A stretch of DNA of 64,000 nt from an uncultured virus (IMG/VR IMGVR_UViG_3300027416_000239) (Duplodnaviria; Heunggongvirae; Uroviricota; Caudoviricetes). Made by a program: the position numbers and the translations under genes. Positions 36,401-46,700 of the stretch are shown piece by piece. Under the pieces are notes generated by a model. That model was given only the letters and a program-made list of their open reading frames with translations, had not been told where the DNA came from and searched no databases. The number at the start of each line of letters is the position of its first letter. Position 1 is the first letter of the stretch. The stretch is taken from IMG/VR virus record IMGVR_UViG_3300027416_000239, one strand, 5' to 3'.

Positions 36401-39068
36401 GATGTGCTCTAGGAGAGCCTGATGTATCTTGGACTAATGATGTAACATTACCGGTTATACCAGCATGTCTTATATATAAACCTCTTACAGTTCCGTTATT
36501 ACCGTCGTTTATTCGAATATCACCTTCGTCAATGTGCAGTAAATCTGCTGGACTAGTAGTACCAATACCTAAGTTACCGCTAGCATCTAATTGCATGAGC
36601 TCAGAACCTCTATTACCGAATTTAATTATTCTATCGGTAGAAGTTGAATCTGAGTTTGAATCAGCGTTAATAAAAATTGCTGCTAGACTGTTAACATAAA
36701 AATCAGATCCAGCGTTTGTAAATTGCCCGTATGTGTAGGTAGTGCCGCTTACGTCTCTAGTAAGGGTTAGAGTAGGTACAGTATTACTTTCTATAATCTC
36801 TACTCCTCCTCTGAAGGTGTGAGTATCATCAAAGCTATCACCAAATTGAGTAGAGCCTGATTGATAGATAATAGAAGCAGAGACAAACGTTGTGTGAAAT
36901 TCTTTAGCGGTTATAATACCGTCTACAGTTAAGTCTCCTCCTATTGATACATCCCCGGTAAATGTTGCTCCACCGTCTGTGTCTAAATGAGATACCTGAG
37001 AGCCTGAATGTCTGATGGATAAGACAGGTCCGGTAGTGCTAAATCTGCTTAGTTCTAGGGCTGTTTCTGAAGATGCTACTTCGAACTTACCTGTGGATGC
37101 TTTAAATCCTGCCCCTCTTTGAGTGGCAAAGTTAGATGCAGGATCTAGTACGGTGTTGTAGAAGTAAACATCGCTGTCAAATTTAGCGTTGCCGTTGACT
37201 TGTAGTTTGTATCCCGGTGATGCTGTGCCGATACCTACGTTACCATCTTGAGTAATTCTAAATTTCTCAGAATAAGTAAGTGCTGATGGATTTTGTCCGT
37301 AGCTCTGATCGTTAGTTGAAGATTCAATAGTAAATGCTACTCCTGAGCCTACTGCTGAGTTATAGCGGGTATTTAATCTAAATGCTGCCTGAGTTGATCC
37401 TGAGTCAGCTGCCATCATCATCTGGGTGCCGTAGTAGTTACCGGCACTACCTGTGGTAGCAAAAGTAATAGGATAACCTGTTCCTCTAAAGCTTGCTATA
37501 TCTCCTTGATTTCCGGTTCTTACATCTAGTTTAAATCCAGGACTAGTAGTACCAATACCTACGTATCCGTTTGAGAGAATAGATAGTCTTTCTGTGCCTA
37601 CTGTGCTTCCGTATGCTCCGGTAAATACTCTGAATGCTGTAGCATTAGTTACGCTTCCAAAACCTCCACCAACAAAGATTTCGTCTCTATCAGTTCTAGA
37701 ATCGTTTCCTAACCCAAAGAAGGTACCTCCTCCTGCTCTTTCAAATTGAATACCGCTGTATACTGATCCTGCATCTTCTCGGCTAGCGATAACAAGCTGC
37801 TTAGGGTTGTTAGCATCAAAATTACCTAAAATATGTAAAGGTGCTTCTGGAGCTGATGTTCCAATGCCAACTCTACTGCCAGTAATATATAAATCGTACT
37901 GATTGTAAGCTCCTAAGACTACTCTATTATCGGCAAACGCCTCCATAACCGGTAGACCAGCTATAGTATTAACCGAGAACAAAGAGTCAGATAGATCATC
38001 AGAGACCTCAAATAGACGTCCGTTATTTCCATCGACAGCCATGATGGTTGTATTGGCTGTTGACCCGGACCCTTCTACTATCAATACGTCGGCGGATCCG
38101 ACTACGTTAAGCTTACCTTCGGGTGCTGTAGAACCGATGCCTACGTTACCTCCGTAGCCTACCGACATAACTGTTACCGGAGTTACTCCTGAGTTTCTGC
38201 CGATATTAAAGTCCATTCTAGTATCTGTACTAGAATTCCAGTAGTTCTTTATTTGGTTCTTATAGTTGTTTGTAGTATCGTATAAGAAATCAATACCAGA
38301 GCCTTGAGTAGAGCCTAGTGCAAGTCTTGTGGCCGGAGTGGTTATTCCGATACCGATAACACCACCTGTCTCGTAAATTACAGAATTAGTAAGCGTGTCG
38401 CTGTCGCTCCATTTAGGGATGTAGTTGGCTGTACCTGAGCCGTTAACAGTTGCTAAGGTAGACTCGATAATGTTGCCAGATGAATCTACTGTTAAGCTGT
38501 AAGCAGCCGATCCGGTGTTAGTACCAGATCCATAAGCATTAAACTGTACCGTTCCATTAGAATTTAACCTTATTCTTTGAGCTCCTCCGTTATGAAACTC
38601 CATATACGGACCGTTACCGTAGATCGTAGGAGGATTTGACTGGTTATTATCTACTAGTTCAATCTTAGCATTGCTATTTTCTGTGCTAAATCTTACATAG
38701 TCTGAGCTATTACCAAATCTTACGTCACCTACAACGTTTAACTGCTCTACAGGCTGTGTTGTACCTATACCCACTGATCCAGACAGGGAAATAGCTATTC
38801 TGTCGGCGGCTTCTGTGTTGTCTGTCAGTAAAAACGTACCAGAACTGTTGACTCCTAGGTCATAACTGCGTGTTCCACTGCGATCTAGTGTAACAAAACG
38901 TGTTCCACTGCTTACAACGTGTAATTCTGACTGTGGATCAGTAGTTCCTACGCCGATTAGCCCGGATCCTGATAGGTATAGCAAGGACGTACCTGCCGTC
39001 CCTCTAAATTCTGCACTACCTGTAACGTTGATCGCCCCTATGGAGGGTATAATACGGATGTCGGCCAT
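27426..39068 (-). CDS. giant modular tail fibre (3880 aa) with fibrinogen-like insert and C-terminal peptidase S74 autocleaving chaperone
   Basis: Dozens of GNVGIGTTxP..KLxV repeats; C-terminal YSDARVKENV...IGVIAQEV...VAYGN...LIEAIKEQQ coiled coil. Confidence 0.88.
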   Translation of the reverse strand: MADIRIIPSIGAINVTGSAEFRGTAGTSLLYLSGSGLIGVGTTDPQSELHVVSSGTRFVTLDRSGTRSYDLGVNSSGTFLLTDNTEAADRIAISLSGSVGIGTTQPVEQLNVVGDVRFGNSSDYVRFSTENSNAKIELVDNNQSNPPTIYGNGPYMEFHNGGAQRIRLNSNGTVQFNAYGSGTNTGSAAYSLTVDSSGNIIESTLATVNGSGTANYIPKWSDSDTLTNSVIYETGGVIGIGITTPATRLALGSTQGSGIDFLYDTTNNYKNQIKNYWNSSTDTRMDFNIGRNSGVTPVTVMSVGYGGNVGIGSTAPEGKLNVVGSADVLIVEGSGSTANTTIMAVDGNNGRLFEVSDDLSDSLFSVNTIAGLPVMEAFADNRVVLGAYNQYDLYITGSRVGIGTSAPEAPLHILGNFDANNPKQLVIASREDAGSVYSGIQFERAGGGTFFGLGNDSRTDRDEIFVGGGFGSVTNATAFRVFTGAYGSTVGTERLSILSNGYVGIGTTSPGFKLDVRTGNQGDIASFRGTGYPITFATTGSAGNYYGTQMMMAADSGSTQAAFRLNTRYNSAVGSGVAFTIESSTNDQSYGQNPSALTYSEKFRITQDGNVGIGTASPGYKLQVNGNAKFDSDVYFYNTVLDPASNFATQRGAGFKASTGKFEVASSETALELSRFSTTGPVLSIRHSGSQVSHLDTDGGATFTGDVSIGGDLTVDGIITAKEFHTTFVSASIIYQSGSTQFGDSFDDTHTFRGGVEIIESNTVPTLTLTRDVSGTTYTYGQFTNAGSDFYVNSLAAIFINADSNSDSTSTDRIIKFGNRGSELMQLDASGNLGIGTTSPADLLHIDEGDIRINDGNNGTVRGLYIRHAGITGNVTSLVQDTSGSPRAHLKSSERSLWISAQSDGGGVSTETLRLYNNQNLGLAVDYSGSVGIGTTNPSTILHVYRGGTGTVYDLTLQSGDDSTGARHGILFRGGAANYEALIRTGNYGSYRSNLEFWVSNQTSGGSTLVQALSILSAGDVRLNEYGSGTVTGTAAYNLSVDSTGKIIETANPSLTGTGTANYVTKWSGTNSLTNSVIYDTGTNVGIGNTSPYTKFEVRGTIHSEVGASTIPQILLGSPGLNYGQIQNDGTGIWSLGYGATNAALGTPVLAWNSSGNVGIGITTPGAKLHVVGDISGSSEIRAQRGFFNPQYDDIYGLRVEPPNSGDKAVIYVNRGYGSHKGSGIYIVGANYTNNNNQAFVELNAGSYSGIDTRYIHAYDSAGTDFVVYGDGTVVAGKYQLTDNAAKHPSSSFQSPQEIIAAGLDEGNGLYYINPGGKLAAPIQVYVDFTTPDAQGETGWMLVASFTTDYTWGLDSTSTAAVLGSTAVNAFSANFGNYVVNDFRVHAAPSVDSGGTNSSGDWYYHRKEGVEWKKWWSEANSGLYPRSTAINPSVRDGLIGFDYSHNIKFNYTNTAHKSNGLSDAPGSVAYWDVLTTAGNTMSIQSLASDGTLGWSHNLTNTGQDIVSQHSIVGYDDGNIVARYGDAFDTADVGNGSGGTSETTKLWLWVKGKTVRGGWTDGDGYVYTEDTGSNVGIGTRAPADKLHVQATSGNGLTIITNDVSTIKMKSSTGGTKSWGFATTNLAASDFGIYQSDSNGGDPISAGTAKLYFKSDGNVGIGTTSPDATIHVYSTADTSGMVGNFRRGINGLNEYTYIKVGNSAPAYFGNMLLSDDVAYISRAADPTGGNGLFVQGSGNVGIGTKSPSQRLHVYGGYIKASDDGTTTAFMQGGGSNGYAYFGALGNGPAAFGNSENWTTLVADGGNVGIGSTAPNKKFVVTGAANDEWIATFTNSGTTPYGVYVDTSANSGTAYSFAVYTNAGNGLFVRNNGNVGVGTSSPASGIKLDVSGSVSVAGDEGLRLGYVGDHGAYDNVKITYSGYNGGSPEVIFTPRTTPGSGELTTFFRFKNSNGTASNNNLASVSVDNDLEVGGDLTVDGIITAKEFHTTFVSASIIYQSGSTKFGNSSDDIHYFTGNIGVNVSDPQAPLEVKGASNTPADGNEVISVTNTTGNTKLLLGVAENSYGWIQAAEGSSDRNILLNPNGGHTIVGATSKLSAYGADFTTLSVQTQTGDNAAIIELGGNRTANPGNQNGMIQFFNKTGTATEVNRISSIQGSDVTSGSISFHTNYGGTFSEKVRISDNGDVGIGTDSPKTKLAVADDAPNSTLTAGNAVLDVYGTAATARTDNSSLDILRLHRNNDATPSKASTFAIGLSFHEDPGNNYPRTRADFKTTGRTTDDSDVALTVMSVVDTGRIGVGTTDPTNRITAYQGGGVRVSGIASGGYIEMSGDLPGYSANQYPVIKSGGTIHFANNNKYSAYIEGANTYFGLLDSTTTTKVLLRTSGNSYLNGGNVGIGIAAPGYKLEVAGDARVQSNTFLATDANSYVNIGASYVSTTTASDTKLILQGKNVTDAGTNYYGDFGQILLWSNSNYSASSRRFLITNAHKINQFAIIRSDDATTTPTIGQGGLVSNGTADFIIDYYSGAVGIGQTNPAYKLHVEGDTGIGANYAFKARYTTSDNYHGSFRWAGLQLGNNGTNRIVAGRTGVGGSLDFWVNNTNDASDYSVTPDGTRVLTLYSTGTAGFTGGVSAASFTGSLQGNITGTAASETLATVVARGNSTSTNIRVQRPSNKVDNNGNPTEFGSRVEFNNAFATNESGYMIFRFPTYNNFLISGDYDGNIGGAIPNIQFGRQSTVYMHINSSDGNVGIGTTAPDSTLHVHSSSPIITVSNSDTSIIDGQVIGQVDFKSFDGSTNMTNVFGSIRTEAQGTLDNGVDDGGKMVFSTFKQSTTLVDQMVIDREGNVGIGNTTPTSTLEVGGQVLISATAPLLDFVDTNSFTDTNDRFRVRAGGNEGLIQWYDNSASSLLSIMTFQPNGDVIVPNGNVGIGVTDPERKLEVKSDTTYDGILIDTLSAPEIVLRDRGNSDTLIGTGRHGLDDFHIDTYAGNAFFIKGSSRNVGVGTISPQARFHVSGSILAGDITGAQTSNNITIYHGGGNLTDGTVRSYFELTNPSAPYTNTGDAWNWKLATVARPGNSGNYNSQLEILRSTRDTVTNDPTVVFNRNGNVGIGTTDPKRMLHVESGSMLFSRALGDADYDAINIAYRGSWSSYTNKLAGINVTDSNALNQTVGRFGVTYNGSVGVFTVTDLYNGGYAASGDVFRAGGNGVISFPQYGAGYLKTDANGAISTTTQFTGSFLGNVDGNVTGTAGSETLATVTGRGNITTSNIGIGVTTAPVNLTIGKNTAGSTGFLDYIKIGSDLPSFGAQGGYPSLLIGTFGVYDASIATQGNDLRILAGRGVNTEDHNIRFYTSFNGTGGAAEDNERMRITHTGNIGIGVTSPAAKLDVRAGSGFIRLGSYNDNYHVKIEGGDQLNFRNGASAAVAYIQYAGPADTLLGRNLYVEGNSSGGTTGAVRVQSDGNVGIGNTSPGYKLDVNGTGRIVSQFIQGGGTARATSGTTIAFTHNTAYSANTDLLDAGRFLSIVNESTVTNAYSALSFRVNPNSSGGGTNAMLDMKFVNANNGSSNLIWSFTSGGGWADRMTLTSNGNLGIGSTAPEGKLNVVGGADVLIVEGSGSTANTTIMAVDGNNGRLFEVSDDLSDSLFSVNTIAGLPVMEAFADNTVVLGAYNQCDLVISGSKVGIGTCSPATKLHVQGGAAMTGGWNKNITLAATYPVAIFNSNNSKYAGIGYDYSVDGIRIWTNATSNDVNGTGSERLSIIAGNVGIGSGTPAYKLDVTGTIRATGDVIAYSDARVKENVVTLENSLEKVQNLRGVSYNKIGESEKKIGVIAQEVLEVLPEVVSQDSEGTYSVAYGNITAILIEAIKEQQKQIDELKEEIKKLKG
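28070..28310 (-). repeat. about 80-aa internal duplication (other copy 37903-38141; related copies 39830-40030 and 46545-46760)
   Basis: GSTANTTIMAVDGNNGRLFEVSDDLSDSLFSVNTIAGLPVMEAFADN is identical at protein level; DNA differs mostly at synonymous sites. Confidence 0.9.
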
Positions 39069-39091
39069 GAACTCTCTTTAAGTATAAATAG
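39010..39091 (-). repeat. 82-nt direct repeat covering promoter motif and first codons (copy 1; copy 2 at 49341-49422)
   Basis: 5 mismatches in 82 nt by manual alignment; includes TATTTATA at 39083-39090. Confidence 0.9.
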
Positions 39092-39094
39092 CTC

Positions 39095-40780
39095 TTAAGG
39101 CTTTTGGGTTAGTAACTGCTCAAGCTTTTGTATGCGCTCTTCTAAGGTCTCAATATGCTGTTGTTGCTCCTTGATCGCTTCTATAAATAGGCCGGCCATG
39201 TTGCCGTACGCTACCGAATACATACCATTCTCATCTTTTGATACTACTTGCGGTAGTACTTCTAAGATTTCTTGTGCAATTACCCCGATCTTCTGATCGT
39301 CTTCACCGATCTTCTTGTAAGATACACCTCTTAACTTCTTAACTAAGTCTACTGAGTTCTCTAACGTTACAATATCTTGCTTGACTCTACGGTCAGAGTA
39401 TGCAATAACGTCACCAGTAGCACGGATGGTACCTGTAACGTCTAATTGGTAGGCAGGTGAACCGGTACCGATACCTAAATTAGCATTAGAACCGTTACTC
39501 ACCAGCTGCATTGGATAGGTAGACTGGTCACCGCTATGATATAATCTACCCCACTTAATTCTAGATCCTGGGCTGTTATATTCAAACACCATCTGCCCTA
39601 CAATGTTACTGGCGGTAGAAGAATGGGTTGCTGTAATAGCGTGACCTTCGTTTGAAGACCAAGCCCCTTTAATATCAATGTCTCTATAAAGAGTAGCACC
39701 TCCTTCTCCGGCTGATACCTGTAGTGCAGCGTGTGCAAGCTGGTTACCGTTGCTTCCTATTTGAGCTTGACCTCTAACATGTAATGGTAATACAGGTGCT
39801 GATGTGCCTACACCTACACTCGTTCCATTGACTACTAGAGCATTTGTGCCGTACTGCCCCATCACAACTCTATCATCCGAGAACACCTCTAGGATTGGAA
39901 TACCCGAAATATCATTTACAGACATTAGTGATCCTGATAGAGAATCAGTAACGCTAAAGAGCTGTCCTTGTGAACCGGCTACGTTAAAGGCTGTAGAACC
40001 GGATTGATATACGTCTACTTTTGCTGATGGTGTAGTAATGCCAATACCGATATTTGTACCGTCATCATACATAACGGAATTAGTAAGCGTATCAGCATCA
40101 GACCATTTAGTAATATAGTTAGCTGTTCCTGATCCGTCTACTAAAGTAGATCCCCAAACTCTAGAGTCAATCTCGTCGGTCTTAAAGTAACCGGATGAAT
40201 TTAAGACAACAACAGAATTATCAGTACCTGTTCCGATACTAGGGGCATACATCTCTCCGGTATCTTGCATGTGGAATCTTTCTGTTCCTGCTGCATCTCT
40301 CCATTGGGTTATGTAACGGGTACCTGAGGTGCCGCCTGCTTTAATGTATAGTCCGTGGCCGCTGTCTGAGCTATTATCCAGTACTGCTAACCAGGCAGTA
40401 GATTTAGAAGCTGTTACATGAAGCTGGGCTGTTGGTGAAACAGTTCCAATACCTACGTTACCTCCTGCTTGAACAACTAACTTTGGTGTAGCTGTTGCTC
40501 CTGTCATTACAACTAAATCACCTGAACCATTGCCGTCAGTATTTCTTGGTTGTAAGACTAGGTTACCTCTGCCGCTAAATGGATAAGTACCTCCTTGGCC
40601 TGAGGTGTAGATTGTTGAGTAAGCTTCTCCTGAGGTTGCTGAATGACTATCACTCCATTCAAGTGCTAGCTTAACATTACCTGAGTTTGGTCCTAGGTGT
40701 AGACGGTTTTCTGGTGCTGTTGTACCGACGCCTATATTACCGTCCCTGTCGTGAAATCCTGCTATAGTTTGATTAGCCAT
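39095..40780 (-). CDS. tail fibre protein with C-terminal peptidase S74 chaperone
   Basis: GNVGIGT repeats; YSDRRVKQDI...IGVIAQEI...VAYGN...IEAIKEQQ. Confidence 0.88.
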   Translation of the reverse strand: MANQTIAGFHDRDGNIGVGTTAPENRLHLGPNSGNVKLALEWSDSHSATSGEAYSTIYTSGQGGTYPFSGRGNLVLQPRNTDGNGSGDLVVMTGATATPKLVVQAGGNVGIGTVSPTAQLHVTASKSTAWLAVLDNSSDSGHGLYIKAGGTSGTRYITQWRDAAGTERFHMQDTGEMYAPSIGTGTDNSVVVLNSSGYFKTDEIDSRVWGSTLVDGSGTANYITKWSDADTLTNSVMYDDGTNIGIGITTPSAKVDVYQSGSTAFNVAGSQGQLFSVTDSLSGSLMSVNDISGIPILEVFSDDRVVMGQYGTNALVVNGTSVGVGTSAPVLPLHVRGQAQIGSNGNQLAHAALQVSAGEGGATLYRDIDIKGAWSSNEGHAITATHSSTASNIVGQMVFEYNSPGSRIKWGRLYHSGDQSTYPMQLVSNGSNANLGIGTGSPAYQLDVTGTIRATGDVIAYSDRRVKQDIVTLENSVDLVKKLRGVSYKKIGEDDQKIGVIAQEILEVLPQVVSKDENGMYSVAYGNMAGLFIEAIKEQQQHIETLEERIQKLEQLLTQKP

Positions 40781-40789
40781 ATCTTATAA

Positions 40790-43700
40790 TTATGAAACGG
40801 AGTTAAACATACCTCTTACTTCATACTGCAGGTACGCAGTAAATGATGCTGCTGCCGTAGCTTTTAACTGTATTACAAAGTCCCTAGCTCCTGATGTACC
40901 GCCTGGATCTACAATCTGAGCTTCAATGTGATCGGTATACGTGTTGTCCACCTGTCTTATGATTCTACCTGGTTCGTTGTAGCTTCCTGCTCCATTCTGT
41001 AGGAAGAATTCTCCGAGGTAGGAAATAGAGGAGTGGCTGCCCCAGTCACCAAATGCTGTTATCTTAACATAACATCCGGTATGATTATTCATAGTAACGG
41101 TTAATGCATCAGAGAATGAATCAGTCATAGTCATAGTCTTAGTATCGAATACTATTGTACTATCAACGCTAACTCTAGAGGTACTTACTGTACCTCCTGC
41201 TGTTATATTCCCGGATGTACTTACACTTCCTATATAGTCTAAATCAACTACTACTTCTGCTCCTGATGTATTTCTAGTAGCCCAGGTTAGCCACCCGCTA
41301 CTTGCCTTATTAAGTACATTAATATTACTGGCGTGGTGTATTACACCATCTGTAACGGTATATCCGTTTGCTATAATATTTGATGTAGCTCTTAAGTCGC
41401 CTGTTACATCAAGTTTAAAACTTGGAGTAACTGTTCCAATACCTATACAGCCGCTAGAGCTAATAAACATCCAGACTGTTGAATGTGTCTGGTCTCTGAA
41501 AGTATGTCCTCCTGCTGAGTAGTAGTTGTTTCCATCCGTATAAGGGAACCAGTTGTGGTTGTATGTGTCGTCTATAGCAAGTAGGTTTGCACCGCTTGTT
41601 CCGGCAGCCACTTCAATACCGGTTGCACTACCGTGAGCTTCAGCACCCACTTGCAGTTTAGCTGTTGGGCTAGTATTTCCAATACCTACGCTACCTGCAA
41701 AGTACGCAATACCGCTATGTCCATCAACACTAAACATGGTAGCAGCATCGCTGCGTGTAAGCTCAATGTCAAGAGAGTTACTTGTATTATTTCCAAGTCT
41801 AAAGTACGAATCACTATCGTAACCGTAGACTCTAAAGTTTGTAGCAGCAGTACTAGCTGCAGCATTATTATTTATAGTTACTTGACCGGCGCTAGTAATT
41901 ACCATTCTCTGGCTGACATCACCTGGGGCAGATGTTGTACCTCCGGTACCGAACGATATTCCGTAGTTGTTATTATATCCATTAAATTGAATGTAACCCA
42001 TATAGGTACTATCAATTCGCAGCTGAATACGTTTACCGGCACTTGTCCAGTCTGTGCCGTTGATATCTCTTACATCTTTTATTTCTAAGTAGGAACCATT
42101 TCCATTACTCCCATAGAACATAGATTGATATACCTGATCTCCTGCGGTAGTACCAAGAGCAGGAGAATGAACCTGTAACTTAGCTCCAGGACTGGTAGTA
42201 CCAATACCTACGCTGCCTTCACCGGTAATTCTCATCTTCTCAGTTGCCTGAGTGATATTAGTTGTTGCATTAACGTGAGTGAAGAATGCTAGATGTGTTG
42301 ACCAGTTGGTAGCGTAGTCACTTCTACTACCGGCAATACCGGACCAGTGAGTACCTGAGTGATCGGTTCCTGAAGAGAACCAGATACCATTCATGGTATT
42401 TTCGTTGGTATTAGCTGTTAATACTATACCAACCATATCTCCGTTACTCTTATCGGCAGTAGAGGTAAATGGACGACCGGCAGTAGCTACGTGCAGTTTA
42501 GTGATTGCGTTTGTATTACCAATACCTACGTTACCTGCATCAGTAATTCGCATTCTTTCCGTTAATCCAGATGCGCCTGAACTTGGCGTGGTGCTAAATG
42601 TCATATTACTATTGCCGTTACCTGGCATTATGACTCTAATAGCAGCCCAAGTTTCATTGTCTGTTGTAGCGCTGGTCCAGGTCCAAGATATACCGGTTCC
42701 TATTGATGGATTACCCTCACTTGTTGTTAATCTTCGTATTTGAATGGCATCGTCTGTCCTTTGAGAAAAAGTTAATTGTTTGTTTGGAGTAGTAGTACCA
42801 ATACCGACATTACTTCCTGTTGCAAATAAGATAGGTGATGTAGCGTTGTCTGGAAGAAGTGAAATACCGCCATCGCTGTTGTAGATGTTAAATGCTCTTG
42901 CTCCTCCGTAGTTTGTATATCCGGTACCGGCTTTGAATATCGATCCTACTCCTCCGCCATTGGCAAGGTACTGTGTTTCAGTATACTGAGTATTTCCAGT
43001 ATCACCGTAGTAGAGTACGGTTGTAGTTGCTGAGGAATTATAGAATCTAGCAACAGATGCATTTGATCCTCCGTTTACATCTAACTTATACGCTGGGCTG
43101 TCACTTCCTATACCGACGTTACCGGCTGGGGTAATAGTCATCTTCTCAGATGCTAATGTCTCAGTGGCAAATCTAATGCTTCCTGAATACGCTACTAATG
43201 TTGTTCCGTAATCGTCTTGAACATCGTCAGTTACATATAGTGATGCTACATCATCACCAGCTACTCCTTTAAACCATATAGCACCTGCTCTACCGTTTGT
43301 TGCAGTTCCTTGCAGTAGAATGGTAGATACACCTGAACCGAAAGATTGGAATGAACCTGGACCTGAGTAGAATCCTTGACCTGTGCTATGTACTATCTCA
43401 ATATTCTGAGTGGTTGTATTACCTCTTCCGGTTACTGTTGCTAGAGTTTCACTACCTGCTGTTCCGGTGATGTTACCCTGTAGGGACCCAGTAAACGATG
43501 TCGCGGTTACTCCTCCAGCTACCTCAAGTTTGTTAGAAGGAGATGAGGTACCGATACCTACGTTACCGTTAGAAGCAATACGCATCGTTTCTCCCCAGGC
43601 AGTAGTTCCGGTTCTTCTTCCAAATACTAAACTTGCAGGACCATTACCTGTATCACCAGCTAGTGCTCCTAAAAATGCTCCAGTAGCACCGTTTGATGAA

Positions 43701-46700
43701 TTGTAAGCATTAAAGTTTATTAACGCTGCAGAATTTACACTGTCTGGAGAAGATACAATTCTAGCAACAGTTCCGGCTACTTCGTATACTGAACCTCGAG
43801 CTGAAGAACTTAAAGAGTAGCTTTCACCTGTGGTTGATAATCCTAAGGCAAATCCTCCATTACCTACTACTTGAAGCTTATCGCCTGGGTTTGTTACTCC
43901 AATACCTACGTTACCGTCTGCTCCTTGGATTACCATTCTATAGCTGCTGCCGGCGTCGTTGTAGAATCCAAAATCACCGCCGCCTGGTGTGCTTGAAGCA
44001 CCAGTAGATATAAGTCTCCAGTTTGAAGAACCGGACATGTGTATAGAAGCTCCGTATTGATCTGTACTTTTGATTCTTATTACGGCTTCGTCGACTCCGC
44101 TTGCTTTTGCAGAGTTATCTACAATATCAAGTTTGACTACTGGGGTTGTTATACCTATTCCTACGTTACCGCTATCGTTTTCTACAGTTACGTAGGGAGT
44201 AAAGGTATCACTTAAATCTCTACCAATTTGTAGATTTGCATTATTTGCAGCAATACGTGCTGTACTACCGCCGTCATTACCTAAGAATAAAGCAGGGACA
44301 TTGTTTCCGGCTCTTGTTACAGCAAATCCTTGGTGGCTACCAGCTGATACAGTCAAGTTTGCATAAGCTGGGTTGGTGATACCGATACCCACTTTAGCAT
44401 TACCGTAGTCCATTGTAGTGACAACAGCTACCTGATTTGATGCGTTAAGGGTTGGTACAGTTACACTCGGATATTCAAATTGAACGTAGCTGCCTCCTGT
44501 ATTAGACTGTATAGAGTAGTTAATTGTGTTGGTATAGCCGCTAGGCATACCTGCAGTCCATTTAATATACAGGTCGTAAGCACTATTACTAACCTGGGAC
44601 CAGTGAATAGTGTATGTTGCTGCTCCTACGCGGAATCCTCCACTTGAAATTATCCTAGGAGCACTAGATGTACCCCAACTTCTGGTTATATCAAAGTAGT
44701 TACCTACATCAGTACCGTACCCGCTAGCCCATAGTACTACCTTATGGTATCCGTTACCAAATCTACCTAAATATAGATCAAAGGTCTCATTGCTGGTAGT
44801 TGATGTACTGGTGATAACCTGGTAGGTGTATATTTCAGTAGCTCCTACTCCGTAGCTAGCAAGCTCGGTTTTGCCGGTAAATGTATGTACATCATCTATA
44901 CTATTACCGAACTGTGTAGATCCTGATTGGAATATAATAGATGCTGATACAAACGTAGTATGAAATTCTTTAGCGGTAATAATACCGTCTACGGTCATGT
45001 TACCTTCGTATAACGCATCCCCAGCAACATGTAAAGTAGCAGCCGGTGAGTATGTACCAATACCTACGTACCTAGAAGCACCATCAAAATGAGCAATTAA
45101 ACCTCTTCTTCCGTCATTGATTACTAAATTTCTATACTGGGTATCTGCTCCTAAATAGCCATTATAGTTAATGTGCATATTGTAGGTACCGTTGTAATCG
45201 TACGCTACGTTTAGGGTGTTGGTATTTAGCCCGCCCATATAGATGGCGGTACTATCGTGGCCCATTCTTATAGGTAGGTTATTGGCTTCTATACCTCCTA
45301 ATCTTACAGATCCTGATACGTCTAGTTTGTACCCAGGGCTGATTGTTCCGATACCTACATTACCGCCTCCTAGTGCTATAACAGTATTAGAGGTAGTGTA
45401 TCTATTTAAGTATAAAGCTTCTCCGTCAATATTTAATCCAACTCCAGAACCGGCGTATATCTTAGGATCTGATCCTTTTGAGAAGTAGAGGTTTCCGTTT
45501 ATATCTAGTGTGTCAGCTGGAGCTGTGGTCCCAATACCAACACTTGTTCCATCAAAAGTAAAATCAGCATCAGAGGTTAAGGTATCAGCATCCGACCAGT
45601 AAGCTACTCTGTTAGCAGCTCCCGATCCATCTACTAAAGTAGATCCCCAGACTCTTGAATCAATCTCGTCGGTTCTTAAAGTACCGTCCGAATCTAAAAC
45701 TACTACAGAGTTATCTTCTCCTGTTCCAATATTGGCAGCGTAGATTGTGCTTCTAAATCCTGCCGTACCGTTAACATCTAGTTTGTATCCTGGAGAGAAA
45801 GAACCAATCCCTACTGAACCTCCGGTTGGTGCTATAGCAATACCTTTCCATCCAGTACCTGCATCAGATGCAGCAATTACACCTATATCTGATCCTGAAT
45901 CGTATCCTAATCTTAGAGCTTGAGTAGCATCGTCTGAGTTAGCAATAATTAAAGCGTTAGGTATTTTAGGTGATTCTGCTGTAGCATTTGAAAGTATAGT
46001 AACCTGTCCGTCTACCTGTAGTTTAGTAGCTGGTGAGGTAGTACCGATACCTAAATTACCGGTCTCAGTTAAACGCATTAAAGCAGTACCTGATCCGGCT
46101 GCTCCGTTTTTAAACCATCCAAAATACCTTGTGTCAGCATCATCGTTATCGGTATCGATATTGAAGGTCATTAACTCGTAAGCGTTAATATGACCTGATG
46201 CTGTATCAGCTTTGCCTAAGTATAGGGAATCTTGAATTTGTACAGTACCTGCAACGTCTAGTTTATAAGCAGGCGCTGTTGAACCTACACCAACATTACC
46301 GCCATCCTTCATTAAAGAGAGGTAATTATTGTATGCAAACGAAATAGCCTGGGTCGTTTGAGAGCCTCCGCTAGAGTTTTCTACCCTAAATCCAATAGAA
46401 ACCATATCGGCTTCTTCAATGCTAGAGTCGCTAAATTGTCCGTCAAGTAGTAGAAGAGTTGTAGCGGTATTATCGGCTATATTAATTTGCCTAACATGAA
46501 GCTTTTCCTGCGGACTAGAAGTTCCTACTCCCACATTTGCTCCATTTACCACTAGAGCATTAGATCCAAAGGTTCCTGCTACGACTCTGTCGTCAGAGAA
46601 CACTTCTAGAATAGGAATACCCGAGATATCATTAACAGACATTAATGAACCGGATAGTGAATCAGTAACGCTAAATAATTGACCTTGGCTACCAGCTATG

